64,000 nucleotides of DNA from Thermoanaerobaculia bacterium (lineage in GTDB: Bacteria > Acidobacteriota > Thermoanaerobaculia > Multivoradales > UBA5704), in NCBI GenBank assembly GCA_044226625.1, contig JBGAGQ010000005.1, positions 64,001 to 128,000 on the forward strand, read 5' to 3'. The stretch's first letter is position 1. Every line of letters begins with the position of its first letter. This document shows positions 19,791 through 29,900 of the stretch, in pieces. The position numbers and the translations under genes were made by a program. A model generated the notes under the pieces. It worked only from the letters and a program-made list of their open reading frames with translations. It did no database searches and was not told the origin of the DNA.

Positions 19791-20783
19791 TTACGAGAAA
19801 CGAGCGCCGGCCGAGAGCCGCTCGCCGTTGGCGAAATCGGCGGCCGGAAGCGGGCGACGTCCGGGGCGTTGGAGCTCCAGGATTTCGAGCACCCCTTCGC
19901 CGCAGGCGACTCGCAGCGCCCCGTCCGCGACGCCGAGGATCGTGCCTGCCGTCGAATCGACAGAGATCTCACGATCCACGCCGTCCATGCTCGCACCCAT
20001 CGACGTGGCTTCTGGCGTCCGGCGTGCCCGCGCGCGGACGATTTTAACCGGCTCGCCGGAAAGCTGCGCCGTAAGCCCCGGCCAGGGGGTGTACGCGCGC
20101 AGGCGGTCGGCGAGGGCGCGCGCCGAGAGGGACCAATCGACGCGCCCGGCCTCTTTGGCGATGCGCGGCGCGTAGGTCGCGCGCTCGTCGTCCTGGCGAA
20201 CGGGTTCGAGATCGCCCTCCTCGAGGCGCTCGAGCGTCGTGAGAATCAACTGGGCGCCAACCTCGGCGAGGCGTGGCGCGAGCTCCCCGGCGGTCTCGTC
20301 CGGGCCGATCGCCAAACGCTCGATGAGCAGGATCGGGCCGCTGTCGAGCCCCTTCTCCATCCGCATCGCGGTGACGCCGGTCTCCGCGTCGCCCGCGGCG
20401 ATCGCGGCTTGGATCGGGGCGGCGCCGCGATAGGCCGGAAGCAGCGAGGCGTGGAGGTTGACGCAGCCGAGCCTGGGGGCGTCCAGCAGGCGCACGGGAA
20501 AGATCTGACCGAAGGCCACGACGATCGCGACGTCGAGCTCGAGCGCCTCGATCTTCGCCAAGAACTCCGGATCGCGGACCTTCTCCGGTTGGACGAGCGG
20601 CAGACTCGCGGCGACCGCATAGCGGGCGACCGGAGGCTGCGCAAGGCGGCCGCCGCGCCCAGCGGGCCGATCGGGTTGGCAGACCACGAGCAGCGGCGCC
20701 CGCCCCGCGCGCACCAGCGCGTCGAGGGTGGGAACCGCGAAATCGGGGGTACCGAAGAAGGCGAGACGGCGGACCGGCGGCAT
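19791..20783 (-). CDS. fmt: Methionyl-tRNA formyltransferase
   Basis: FFGTPDFA, QPDRPAGRG, NLHASLLPAYRGAAPIQ and LDSGP. Confidence 0.95.
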   Translation of the reverse strand: MPPVRRLAFFGTPDFAVPTLDALVRAGRAPLLVVCQPDRPAGRGGRLAQPPVARYAVAASLPLVQPEKVRDPEFLAKIEALELDVAIVVAFGQIFPVRLLDAPRLGCVNLHASLLPAYRGAAPIQAAIAAGDAETGVTAMRMEKGLDSGPILLIERLAIGPDETAGELAPRLAEVGAQLILTTLERLEEGDLEPVRQDDERATYAPRIAKEAGRVDWSLSARALADRLRAYTPWPGLTAQLSGEPVKIVRARARRTPEATSMGASMDGVDREISVDSTAGTILGVADGALRVACGEGVLEILELQRPGRRPLPAADFANGERLSAGARFS

Positions 20784-20869
20784 TCGGGCGCGATGGTAAC
20801 ACCCCGGCCCGAAACGGAACGCGCCCCGCGGGGCGGGGCGCGTCCGACCTCACGGCACGGGGAGGAAGC

Positions 20870-22093
20870 CTAGAGCGGGTTGCCGATCTGAATGTCGCGC
20901 TCGCCGATCAGGATCGAGACTCCGTGATCGTCGATCACCACCACGTTGATCGAGTGCCGGCCGTTGGAAAACTGCGTCGTGTCGAGCGAGAAGGACCAGT
21001 TGGCGATCGTGCTCTCGGGATAGCCCGGGTACTGGACGTTGACCCCGGGGCTCGAGATGCCGCGAATGGCATGACCCTGGAACGCGCCGTCCACGTAGAC
21101 TTGGATCGTATCGATCCCTTCCCAGTCGAGCGCCCAGCCGCGCGCCTCGACGGTGCCGGCGTAGGTGAGACCCTTCGTGGGATAGCCGATCAGGCCGAAC
21201 GAATTTTCGTTTCCGAGGTCCTCGTCGCAGCTGAAGTTGACCGGCATCTCGGCGATGTTGACCACCTGGCCGAACAGGTCGCCGGCGCGAACGGTGAGCG
21301 TGTGCGCGCCGGGGCCGTAGCCGAACGCCATCAGCTGGCCGATGTCGAGCACGAAGCGCCAGCCCGCGTGCGGGCTGTTGGGCAGGCCCGGAAACTGATT
21401 CTCGATGTCGAGCCGGCGCACGCCGTAGCACTCGGTCAGGCCGCCGGTGGCGGTCTGGTAGAAGCAGTCGGACTGGGTGTTGTAGAGCACTGCGCGGTCG
21501 AGCAGGAGCTCGACGTATCCGATCCCCGTGTCGTCGACTTGAACCCCGGAGTCGAGCGCCCAGCCGGTGACGGCGTAGAGCCTCCGAGGACCGCTGTCGA
21601 GCGCGCAGCGGCCGCGCATCTCGGCGTTCTGGTTCGGGAACTCGATCTTGCCGAACGGGATCAGGTTGTGCGTCACGTTGTTGAACGTGAAGACCTTGCT
21701 GTTGAGCAGGGAGACCTCGCCGCTCCGCGACAGCACCCGCGGCTGGACGCGGTGGGTGCCGTTCAAGAAGCGGGTGGTGTCGAGCTGGTAGGCGAACCCG
21801 GGCAGATCCGAATCGGGATAGCCCGGAAACTGCCGCGTCACCTGGGGCCGGCTGCGACCGTAGGTGGTGCGGCCGACGAGGATGCCGTCGACCATGATGT
21901 CGACCGCGGCGATCCCGTTGTCGTCGAGCGCCCAGCCGAACAGCGGCATCTGGCCCGAGCCGGCGTTGCCGCCTCCGACCTTGCCTCCGAACGAGCCGAA
22001 CGGGGCCGCGGCGTGCGCCGGCAGAGCGCCCATGAAGGCCACGAGGGCGATCGAGGCGAAGATCGCCCCGGCGAGGATTCGATTGCGCTTCAT
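20870..22093 (-). CDS. Exported protein with three Ig-like GWALD repeats
   Basis: Signal peptide, then three repeats of FG...GWALD..GI..V...(F/Y)PG.P.S.....LD....G.H. Confidence 0.75.
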   Translation of the reverse strand: MKRNRILAGAIFASIALVAFMGALPAHAAAPFGSFGGKVGGGNAGSGQMPLFGWALDDNGIAAVDIMVDGILVGRTTYGRSRPQVTRQFPGYPDSDLPGFAYQLDTTRFLNGTHRVQPRVLSRSGEVSLLNSKVFTFNNVTHNLIPFGKIEFPNQNAEMRGRCALDSGPRRLYAVTGWALDSGVQVDDTGIGYVELLLDRAVLYNTQSDCFYQTATGGLTECYGVRRLDIENQFPGLPNSPHAGWRFVLDIGQLMAFGYGPGAHTLTVRAGDLFGQVVNIAEMPVNFSCDEDLGNENSFGLIGYPTKGLTYAGTVEARGWALDWEGIDTIQVYVDGAFQGHAIRGISSPGVNVQYPGYPESTIANWSFSLDTTQFSNGRHSINVVVIDDHGVSILIGERDIQIGNPL

Positions 22094-22322
22094 CGCTCTA
22101 CCTCCAGGATGGTTCGAGCCCTACTCACCGTCCGGCCCGGACGCTCCCTCCTTGATCCCAGACGAAACTTCAGACGACAAAAGAACGACAAAAAGGGTCG
22201 GGGCAGCGAAAGTACGGTCGTGTTTCAGCCAGAAACGGGCTTGAAAACCGTGAGTCTTTGCCGGGATCGTACGGCAGCCCCGCGAAAAAAGTCAATTTGG
22301 ATCGGGACTTAAGCGTCGGATT

Positions 22323-23327
22323 TCAGCCCTGACCGGCGGCCTCCGCGCCGGGAGCGGGTTTGGCCGGGTCCTCGGCGAGCCCGCCGAGGAATTCTTCGAC
22401 GAGCGACGGGAGCCTTTCGACGTCGTAACCCCCTTCGAGGACCGCCAGGAGCCGCCCTCCCGCCACCTCGCGGGCGAGCGCGGCGAGCTGTCGCCCCCAG
22501 GCGGCGAAGCCTTCCGCCGAAACCGCCATGCCTCCCAGAGGATCGTTCCGCCAAGCGTCGAATCCCGCGGACAGCAGGAGCACGTCGGGGCGAAAGGTCG
22601 ACAGCGCCGGAAGGATCTTCGCCGCGAACGCCTCGGCGAACTCGGGATCCCCGGCCCCCGCCGGCAGCGGAACGTTGAGGGTCGCGCCGAGCCCGGCGCC
22701 GCGGCCGATCTCGCCCGCCGCGCCGGTTCCCGGATAGAACGGAAACTGATGGGTGCTGGCGTAGAAGACGTCCGCCCTCGCCTCGAACAGGTGCTGGGTG
22801 CCGTTGCCGTGGTGGACGTCGAAGTCGAAGATCGCCACCCGCTCGAAGCCCTTCCGTCGGAGGTGCTCCGCGGCGACCGCCACGTTGTTGAAGTAGCAGA
22901 AACCCATGGCGAGCGCGCGCTCGGCGTGATGTCCGGGCGGACGCACCGCGGCGAAGGCGCGGCCCCCCGCCGCCGCGTGATCCGCCGCGGCGAGCGTCGC
23001 CGAGACCGCTCCCCAGGCGGCTTCCCAGGTCCCCTCGGACAGGGGGTTGTCGGCCGAATCGAGCAGAGCGTCGCCGCGCTCGGACGCGCGGCGAAACCGC
23101 TCGACGTACGCCGGATCGTGGACCGCGGCGACGGCCGCCTCGGCGGTCGCGCGATCCGCCCCGATCTCGTCGATCGGCCAGCCGCGCGAGCGCAGATGCT
23201 CGACGACGCGAGCCAGGCGATCGGATCGTTCGGGATAGCCGCGCGGGGGCCGATGCTGGAGGCACCGGGGCTCGGTGAAGATCCGCACTGGGGACCGTCC
23301 CGACGGTTCGCTCTGGGGCTCGCTCAT
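22323..23327 (-). CDS. Histone deacetylase family protein
   Basis: RPPGHHA, GFCYFNN, DFDVHHGNGTQ, SAGFDA and LEGGY. Confidence 0.93.
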   Translation of the reverse strand: MSEPQSEPSGRSPVRIFTEPRCLQHRPPRGYPERSDRLARVVEHLRSRGWPIDEIGADRATAEAAVAAVHDPAYVERFRRASERGDALLDSADNPLSEGTWEAAWGAVSATLAAADHAAAGGRAFAAVRPPGHHAERALAMGFCYFNNVAVAAEHLRRKGFERVAIFDFDVHHGNGTQHLFEARADVFYASTHQFPFYPGTGAAGEIGRGAGLGATLNVPLPAGAGDPEFAEAFAAKILPALSTFRPDVLLLSAGFDAWRNDPLGGMAVSAEGFAAWGRQLAALAREVAGGRLLAVLEGGYDVERLPSLVEEFLGGLAEDPAKPAPGAEAAGQG

Positions 23328-23382
23328 GGGGTCTCGGGGCCTTTCCGTGCTGCGTGAGGCGTCGCTGGATTCAGCGGGCTGA

Positions 23383-24252
23383 TCATACCGGAGCGGCCTC
23401 TTGCCTCCGGGGTTGGGACGGTGGCCCGGCGTGGCGCTTCGGCTCGGCGAGGGCCGCGCCGCGACGGGTGCCGTGGACGCCCCGGGCGCGTACGGGCAGG
23501 TCGATCCCCGCCTCGGCTAGACGGAGCCGGGTGCGGCCGACGATCGAGTCGATGGTTTCGGGCCGCAGGCGACCCGAGCAGGCGTCCGAGATCTGCCGGC
23601 TGCTCCAACCCGCGAGGCCGAGGCTTACGATCACGACATCCCGTCCGGGCGTCCTGCCGCCGACGATCTCGCGCCACGACCGGGCGGTCTTGCGCCAAAG
23701 GTCGAGCGCGAGGAGGGCGCGCTCCTGCGTGGGCGCGCGGTCGGCGACCGTCGCGAGGCTCTCGACGGCGATGTCGGAGAGGCCCCTAAGGCGGCCGCAG
23801 CCGCGCTTGAGCGCCCGCTCCTTGCGGACGGCGTCGAACGCCAACCGCTCGCCGACCCGGGCGAGAAAACCCGAGAGCCCTCGCTCACCGCCGTTCTCCG
23901 GCGCCAGACGGCCGCAGACCAGGAGGCGGCAATAGCTCTCCTGGGCGATCTCCTCCACGTCTTCGGACTTGGGTTCGACCCCCGCTCGACGGAGCGCGCG
24001 ATGGATCGAGGCGCGGAGGCGCGGCGAATGGCGCTCGACGAGGGCCCGCCAGCGCTCCTCGGTCGCGTCGCGTTCCGCGAGTCGCGGACAGGGCGTCGGT
24101 CGGCGCGGCCGGTGGGGGAGACCGCGATCGAGGCGAGCCGGGCTCGCGACCGGCGAGGAGGATCGACCGGAGGTCGGGGACGGCGAAGAAGGCTGGGTCG
24201 GGGTGCGTCGCGAGGACTTCGCGGAAGGCGCTTCGGGCTTCGTGGGTTTCAT
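23383..24252 (-). CDS. Divergent ECF-type RNA polymerase sigma factor
   Basis: Region-2-like WRALVERH...DVEEIAQESYCRL...AFDAVRK and region-4-like GWSSRQIS...TIDSIVGRTRLRL. Start uncertain. Confidence 0.65.
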   Translation of the reverse strand: MKPTKPEAPSAKSSRRTPTQPSSPSPTSGRSSSPVASPARLDRGLPHRPRRPTPCPRLAERDATEERWRALVERHSPRLRASIHRALRRAGVEPKSEDVEEIAQESYCRLLVCGRLAPENGGERGLSGFLARVGERLAFDAVRKERALKRGCGRLRGLSDIAVESLATVADRAPTQERALLALDLWRKTARSWREIVGGRTPGRDVVIVSLGLAGWSSRQISDACSGRLRPETIDSIVGRTRLRLAEAGIDLPVRARGVHGTRRGAALAEPKRHAGPPSQPRRQEAAPV

Positions 24253-24463
24253 CGGCCGCTCCAGGGAAGGGAGCGGGAAGTGGCGTGAGCGCTTTAGCGG
24301 GAGCGACGAAAACGCCGGAAACGAAAAGCCCTTCGGTCCTCGTGGCGATCCGACGAACGGACCGTGCCGCGAGGAGCGAAGGGCAAAGAGATCTTACTCG
24401 AAAGCTCTTGGCTGCGGAAGCCCCGCGCCGGAGCGGGGCCATTCCGTGGGAAAATGACAGCCT

Positions 24464-25168
24464 ATGACTCGGCTCTCGGTCGTCATCCCGGCCTACAACG
24501 AACGCGCCACGATCCACAACCTGCTCCAGAAGGTCGCGGCGGCCCCGTTGCCGCCCGAGGTTGCGCTCGAGATCGTCGTGGTCGACGACGGCTCCAAGGA
24601 CGGAACGCGCGAGCTGCTGCGCGAGATCGCGACGAACGGCGAACCGCCGCTCCTCTTGATCGAGCAGCCGGAAAACCGTGGCAAGGGCGCGGCGATCCGC
24701 ACCGGCTTCGCCGCCGCGACCGGCGACGTCCTGCTGATCCAGGACGCGGATCTCGAGTACGACCCGCGCGACTACCCGGTCCTGCTCCAGCCGATCCTCG
24801 ACGACGAGGCGGACGTGGTCTACGGCTCGCGTTTCCTCGGCGGGCCGCACAGGGTGCTCTTCTACTGGCACTCAGTGGGGAACAAATTCCTCACCATGCT
24901 GTCTAACATGATGACCGACCTGAACCTGTCGGACATGGAGACCTGCTACAAGGTGTTCCGCCGCGAGGTCCTCGACGGCATCGTGCTGCGCTCGAACCGC
25001 TTCGGCATCGAGCCCGAGCTGACCGCCAAGGTGGCGAAGCGGGGCGCCCGGGTTTTCGAGGTGCCGATCTCGTATCGCGGTCGGACCTACGCGGACGGCA
25101 AGAAGATCGGCTGGAAGGACGGCTTTTCCGCCATTTGGTCGATCCTCCGCTACAATTTCTCGGACTAA
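24464..25168 (+). CDS. GT2 glycosyltransferase (polyprenol-phosphate sugar synthase-like)
   Basis: [34 protein letters not shown] and FGIEPE. Confidence 0.9.
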   Translation: MTRLSVVIPAYNERATIHNLLQKVAAAPLPPEVALEIVVVDDGSKDGTRELLREIATNGEPPLLLIEQPENRGKGAAIRTGFAAATGDVLLIQDADLEYDPRDYPVLLQPILDDEADVVYGSRFLGGPHRVLFYWHSVGNKFLTMLSNMMTDLNLSDMETCYKVFRREVLDGIVLRSNRFGIEPELTAKVAKRGARVFEVPISYRGRTYADGKKIGWKDGFSAIWSILRYNFSD

Positions 25169-25244
25169 GCCGTTCCCCGACCGCCACCTCCTTCGCGCTC
25201 CAGGGCAAGACGAATCGGCACGCGGTCCCGTACCAAGAGGGCGC

Positions 25245-26252
25245 ATGGAAACGACCCTGATGATGCCGCCAACCGCAGCCGAACCCCCCGTCTCCGAGCC
25301 TCCCCCTTCGCCCGTCTCCGCCGCCGAGGTCGCGACCGCGATCCGCCGGCTGGAGGAGAACATCGCCGAGGTCGTGCGCGGCAAATCCGAGGTGATCCGC
25401 CTCGCGACCGTCTGCCTGCTCGCGCGCGGCCACATGCTGGTCCAGGACGTTCCCGGAGTCGGCAAGACGACGCTCGCTCAAGCGCTCGCCCGCTCGCTCG
25501 GGCTCGGCTTCCAGCGCATCCAGTTCACCAGCGACCTGCTCCCCTCCGACATCGTCGGGGTGTCGATCTTCAATCAGCAGTCGCAGAGCTTCGAGTTCGT
25601 ACCAGGCCCGCTCTTCGGCCACGTGGTGCTCGCCGACGAGATCAACCGCGCGACGCCCAAGACGCAAAGCGCGCTCCTCGAGGCGATGAGCGAGCGGAAG
25701 GTCTCGGTCGACCGCAAACGCTACGCCTTGCCGCAGCCGTTCCTGGTCCTCGCGACGCAGAACCCGCACGAGTACCACGGCACGTTTCCGCTTCCCGAGT
25801 CGCAGCTCGACCGTTTCCTGATGTCGCTGTCGCTCGGCTATCCACCGAAGGACGACGAGCGCGGTCTGCTCCTTTCCGGCGGCGTCGAGGATCGTTTGGA
25901 GCATCTCCCGGCCGTGCTGGATCGCGCTCGACTGCTCGACCTCCAGGCGGCGGTCGACCGGGTGAAGACCTCCGAAAAGCTCGCCGACTATCTGATCGCG
26001 CTCGCCGAAGCGACGCGCGCCGACTCCGAGTTGCTGCTCGGCGTCTCCACCCGCGGCCTCCAGGGACTTTCCCGCGCCTCGCAGGCGCTCGCGCTCTGCG
26101 AGGGACGAGCCTTCGTCCTGCCCGACGACGTCCAACGGCTCGCGCCCTTCGTCCTCGGCCATCGCGTCATTTTGAAGCGCGGCGGCGGCGACCTCGCGAC
26201 GGCGCGCCGGGCGATCGAGCGGATCGTCGCGGCGACCCCGGTGCCGGTCTAG
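25245..26252 (+). CDS. MoxR family AAA+ ATPase
   Basis: DVPGVGKT, RIQFTSDLLPSD, ADEINR, ATQNP and FPLPESQLDRF. Confidence 0.92.
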   Translation: METTLMMPPTAAEPPVSEPPPSPVSAAEVATAIRRLEENIAEVVRGKSEVIRLATVCLLARGHMLVQDVPGVGKTTLAQALARSLGLGFQRIQFTSDLLPSDIVGVSIFNQQSQSFEFVPGPLFGHVVLADEINRATPKTQSALLEAMSERKVSVDRKRYALPQPFLVLATQNPHEYHGTFPLPESQLDRFLMSLSLGYPPKDDERGLLLSGGVEDRLEHLPAVLDRARLLDLQAAVDRVKTSEKLADYLIALAEATRADSELLLGVSTRGLQGLSRASQALALCEGRAFVLPDDVQRLAPFVLGHRVILKRGGGDLATARRAIERIVAATPVPV

Positions 26253-26347
26253 GCGGGGCAGATGGCCTTGCAGCCCTCCTCCGCGGTCCCTCTCTCTTTG
26301 AGAGAGGTGAGCCAGCGCGCGCCCGTGGGCGCCAAGAGGTAGGCCCC

Positions 26348-27352
26348 ATGCCCCGGCGCGAGATCCCCGAGGGCATCCGGATCACCAAGGTCGGGGTCTG
26401 GTTCGTCCTCTTCACCCTGGTGGTGGCGGTCGCGGCGACCAACACGGGCAACAACGCGCTCTACATCACGCTGTCGGTGATGTTCGGCGCCCTCACGATC
26501 TCGGGCATCGCCTCGCGTCAGAACGTGCGAGGCCTCGTCGTCGGGCTCGAGCTTCCTGGCGAGGTCTTCGCCAAGCAGATGTTCCAAGCGACCTTCTCGC
26601 TCGCGAGCCGGCGGCGTTTCCTACCGCGCTGGTTCCTGCTCTTTTCGCTCGACGGCGGCGGCCCGCCGCTTCTCGTTCCCTACCTGCCGCGCGGTGGTAA
26701 GAGCCGCGGCCGCATCGATCTGATGCTCAAGGCGCGCGGCCGCCATCGCGTCCCGGACGCTCACGTCTCGAGCCTCTTCCCCTTCGGCCTCTTCTCCAAG
26801 GGGGCGCGGTATCGGTTGGAGTCGGAGGTGCTCGTCTTCCCCGAGCTGTTCCCCTCCGAAGGGATCCACCTCGCCGAGGCCGAGCCGATGGGCGACGATC
26901 CGTCGCGTCGCATCGGCTGGGGGCACGACCTCCATTCCCTGCGCGCCTTCCGGCGCGGCGACGATCCACGAAGCATCCACTGGAAGCAGACGGCGAGGAC
27001 GGGAAGCCTCGTGTTCATGGAGCGCGAGAGCGAGCGCAACCGGCGCCTCTCGATCCTGTTCGACAACGGCGTCGGCCCCTTGGATCCCGTCGAGCAGCAG
27101 CGATTCGAACGCTTGGTGAGCGAGGCCGCGACCGCCGCGGTCGAGCACCTCACCCGCGGTTACGAGATCGAGCTGGTCGCGCGCGACGGCCGCTGGCCGT
27201 ATGCCGCGGGCTCGCGGCAGCGGCTCGCGGTGCTCGAGGCGCTCGCGCTGATCCAACCGGTCGAGCCGGGAGGCGATCCGCTCCAGGCGAGCGATCCCCG
27301 CGCCCCGGTGCTAGCGCTCGGACTCGGGTTCGACGGGGAGCGCGCGGCATGA
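26348..27352 (+). CDS. DUF58 domain protein
   Basis: N-terminal TM segment with NTGNN, FPFGLF and LRAFRRGDDPRSIHWKQTAR. Typical position after MoxR. Confidence 0.88.
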   Translation: MPRREIPEGIRITKVGVWFVLFTLVVAVAATNTGNNALYITLSVMFGALTISGIASRQNVRGLVVGLELPGEVFAKQMFQATFSLASRRRFLPRWFLLFSLDGGGPPLLVPYLPRGGKSRGRIDLMLKARGRHRVPDAHVSSLFPFGLFSKGARYRLESEVLVFPELFPSEGIHLAEAEPMGDDPSRRIGWGHDLHSLRAFRRGDDPRSIHWKQTARTGSLVFMERESERNRRLSILFDNGVGPLDPVEQQRFERLVSEAATAAVEHLTRGYEIELVARDGRWPYAAGSRQRLAVLEALALIQPVEPGGDPLQASDPRAPVLALGLGFDGERAA

Positions 27353-29445
27353 AGTTCGCGCGCGGCAAGCGGATCGCGCTCGGGTGGCTCGCGCTGCTCG
27401 CCCCGGTTCCCCTGCCCTTCAACGACGTCCTCGAGTGGCCGGTCTTCGTCGTCTACGGCGCCCTGGTGGGGCTGTTCCTCCGGCGCGCCGCGCGCGATCC
27501 CGAGCGTTGGCTTCCGCCCTGGGCGATGAACGTGATCGGCCTCTCCTACCTGCCGCTGTTCTACATCGACCTCACGGTGCTCGGCGGCGGCCGGCTGGTC
27601 GGCCCGGTCCTCCATCTCGGCCTGTTCGCCCTGGTGGTCAAACTGTTCGCGCTCAACAAAGAGCAGGACAAGTGGCAGGCGGCGATCGGCATCTTCTTCC
27701 TCTTCCTCGCCGCGATGGGCACCAGCGTCCATCCGTCGATCGTGCTCTACCTGGCGGCCTTCGTCGCGGTGTCGCTCGCCTTGCTCGCGCGGTTCGCTTG
27801 GTTCCACGTGCTCGCGCAGTACGGCCGCGGCGAGACGGAGCTCGGCCGGGTGCCGCTCGGCGGCTTTCTCACGCTCGCGACGCTCGGCGCGCTGGTGCTC
27901 GCGGCGCCGTTCTTCGCGCTTTTGCCTCGTGTCCGCTCGCCCTACATCGTGGGGCGCGGCGCGAGCTTCGGTGCGGAGCTCGAATCGGCCGGGTTCACCG
28001 ACGACGTCACGCTCGATTCGATCGGCCAGATCCGCAACAGCCGTGACGTCGCGCTCCGGCTCCAGTGGCAGCAAGGTGCGCCGGAAGATCCGGACAACAT
28101 GCGTTGGAAGGCCGCTACCTTCGACCTGTTTTCCGGAGCCTCCTGGCGGCGCTCGCCGGGCGCAGGCTCACTGCCGCGCCGCCGAGGCTTGAGCTACACC
28201 CTCCGGTCGGTGCCGCCGGTGCGTTGGGCGACGGTCTGGCTCCGGCCGCTGCGCAGCACGAGCCTGCCGCTGCCGGTCGAGGCCGCCGTGGTCGAGCCGG
28301 GCGTTCTGTCGCTCTCGATCGACCGCGGCGGGGCGGTGTCGCTGCCGCACGGGATCCTCGAGACGTTCCAATATCGCGTCGGCCTCGCGCGCCAGCCGGT
28401 GCTGCTCGGCGAACCCCCGCCGCCGGTCGGAGGCGAGACGCTCGATACCGGTGGGGTCACACCGCGCATGCGCTCGCTCGCCGCCCGGGTGATGGGGCAG
28501 GGGAGCGCGGCCGAACGGGCGTCGCGGCTCGAGACCCACCTGGTGCAGAAGTTCGATTACACGACCACCCTTCTGGGCGCGGGCCCCAGCGGCAACCCGC
28601 TCGACCGCTTCCTGTTCGAGACGCGGCGCGGCCACTGCGAGCTGTTCGCCTCGTCGATGGTCCTCCTGCTCCGATCGCAAGGGATTCCGGCGCGCCTGGT
28701 CACCGGATTCCTGGGCGGCGAGTACAACCCGTTCGAAGGGTACGTGATCGTCCGCGACAGCAACGCCCACGCCTGGGTGGAGGCCTACGTCGGCTCGGGG
28801 CCGAACGAGGGTTGGAGGATCTTCGACCCGACGCCGCCGGCCGGTCGTCCCAGCGCGGCCGACGAAGGTTTCTGGCGCCTTGGCCAGCAGGCCTGGGACT
28901 ACCTGCTCTTCCGGTGGGACCGCTACGTCCTCACCTTCGGCATCGGCGATCAGGCGGAGATCCTGCGCCGGCTCTACTCGGCATGGTCGTCTCTCCGTCG
29001 ACTCTTCTCGGGAGGCAAGAAGTCGGATACGTCCGCCTCCGACCCCGCCGAGCCGGTCGCCATTCCTGCGTCAACCCCGGCCGCTCACGAGGTGCCCGCC
29101 GCCTCGCCGCTTGCGATCGCTGGGGCGGTGCTCGTTCTGCTCGTCACGATCGCGCTCATCCTCTGGTTCGTTCTTCGCCACCGCCCGTTGACGCCGGACG
29201 CCGCCTATCGGCGTCTGCGACAAAGGATGGCGCGTGGCGGCGTCGCCTTGCCCCTATCGATGCCGCCGCTCGCGGTGCGCAAGCTCGCCGACGCGCGCTA
29301 TCCCGAAGCCGCGGCACCGGCGGCGAGGGTGATCGACTTCTACGTCCGCGAGACCTTTGCCGGAGAGCCCCTCCAAGAGCCTGAGCGAGAAGAGCTGCGC
29401 ACGGCGCTCAAAGAGGCCGAAACGCTCCTGCGGAAAGCCGGGTGA
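27349..29445 (+). CDS. DUF3488/transglutaminase domain membrane protein (TgpA-like)
   Basis: Multi-TM N-terminus and the Cys-His-Asp triad in GHCELFAS, AHAWVE and FDPTP. Confidence 0.88.
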   Translation: MKFARGKRIALGWLALLAPVPLPFNDVLEWPVFVVYGALVGLFLRRAARDPERWLPPWAMNVIGLSYLPLFYIDLTVLGGGRLVGPVLHLGLFALVVKLFALNKEQDKWQAAIGIFFLFLAAMGTSVHPSIVLYLAAFVAVSLALLARFAWFHVLAQYGRGETELGRVPLGGFLTLATLGALVLAAPFFALLPRVRSPYIVGRGASFGAELESAGFTDDVTLDSIGQIRNSRDVALRLQWQQGAPEDPDNMRWKAATFDLFSGASWRRSPGAGSLPRRRGLSYTLRSVPPVRWATVWLRPLRSTSLPLPVEAAVVEPGVLSLSIDRGGAVSLPHGILETFQYRVGLARQPVLLGEPPPPVGGETLDTGGVTPRMRSLAARVMGQGSAAERASRLETHLVQKFDYTTTLLGAGPSGNPLDRFLFETRRGHCELFASSMVLLLRSQGIPARLVTGFLGGEYNPFEGYVIVRDSNAHAWVEAYVGSGPNEGWRIFDPTPPAGRPSAADEGFWRLGQQAWDYLLFRWDRYVLTFGIGDQAEILRRLYSAWSSLRRLFSGGKKSDTSASDPAEPVAIPASTPAAHEVPAASPLAIAGAVLVLLVTIALILWFVLRHRPLTPDAAYRRLRQRMARGGVALPLSMPPLAVRKLADARYPEAAAPAARVIDFYVRETFAGEPLQEPEREELRTALKEAETLLRKAG

Positions 29446-29449
29446 CCCG

Positions 29450-29818
29450 ATGCGTCTCACGCTCTACGAAAGCCGCTTCGCCATCTGCCGCCTCGACGCC
29501 CTCGACCCCGTGCCCGACTGGGCCGATGGCGCGCTGCTCTCGATCACCCGAACGCCTCGCGAGCTCTCGATCCTTTGCGCCGAAGGCGCCATTCCCGAAG
29601 GCATCCGAGCCGAGAAAGGCTTCCGCGCCCTCGAAGTGCTCGGCCCCCTCGATTTCTCCGCCGTGGGAATCCTCGAAAGCCTCGCCCGCCCGCTCGCCGA
29701 AGCGGGCCTCTCGATCCTCGCCATCTCGACCTTCGACACCGACGTCCTTCTGGTGCGGGAAGAGGATCTCGAGAAAGCGGTGGCGGCGCTCGGCGCGGCT
29801 GGGTGGGCGGTCGGGTAA
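29450..29818 (+). CDS. ACT domain protein (CASTOR-like tandem ACT)
   Basis: SITRTPRELSI, GPLDFSAVGIL and ISTFDTDVLLV. Confidence 0.85.
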   Translation: MRLTLYESRFAICRLDALDPVPDWADGALLSITRTPRELSILCAEGAIPEGIRAEKGFRALEVLGPLDFSAVGILESLARPLAEAGLSILAISTFDTDVLLVREEDLEKAVAALGAAGWAVG

Positions 29819-29900
29819 GAGCGAGGGTCGAGCCTCCGAGTCCGAACGGCTCGTACTAAGACTCAGCCGCCGATTCGCCTCAAGAAGCCCGAGTCAAGCG

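Noticed and set aside
25245-29445. MoxR-DUF58-transglutaminase as a novel system
   Set aside because: It is a widespread, already described gene triad.
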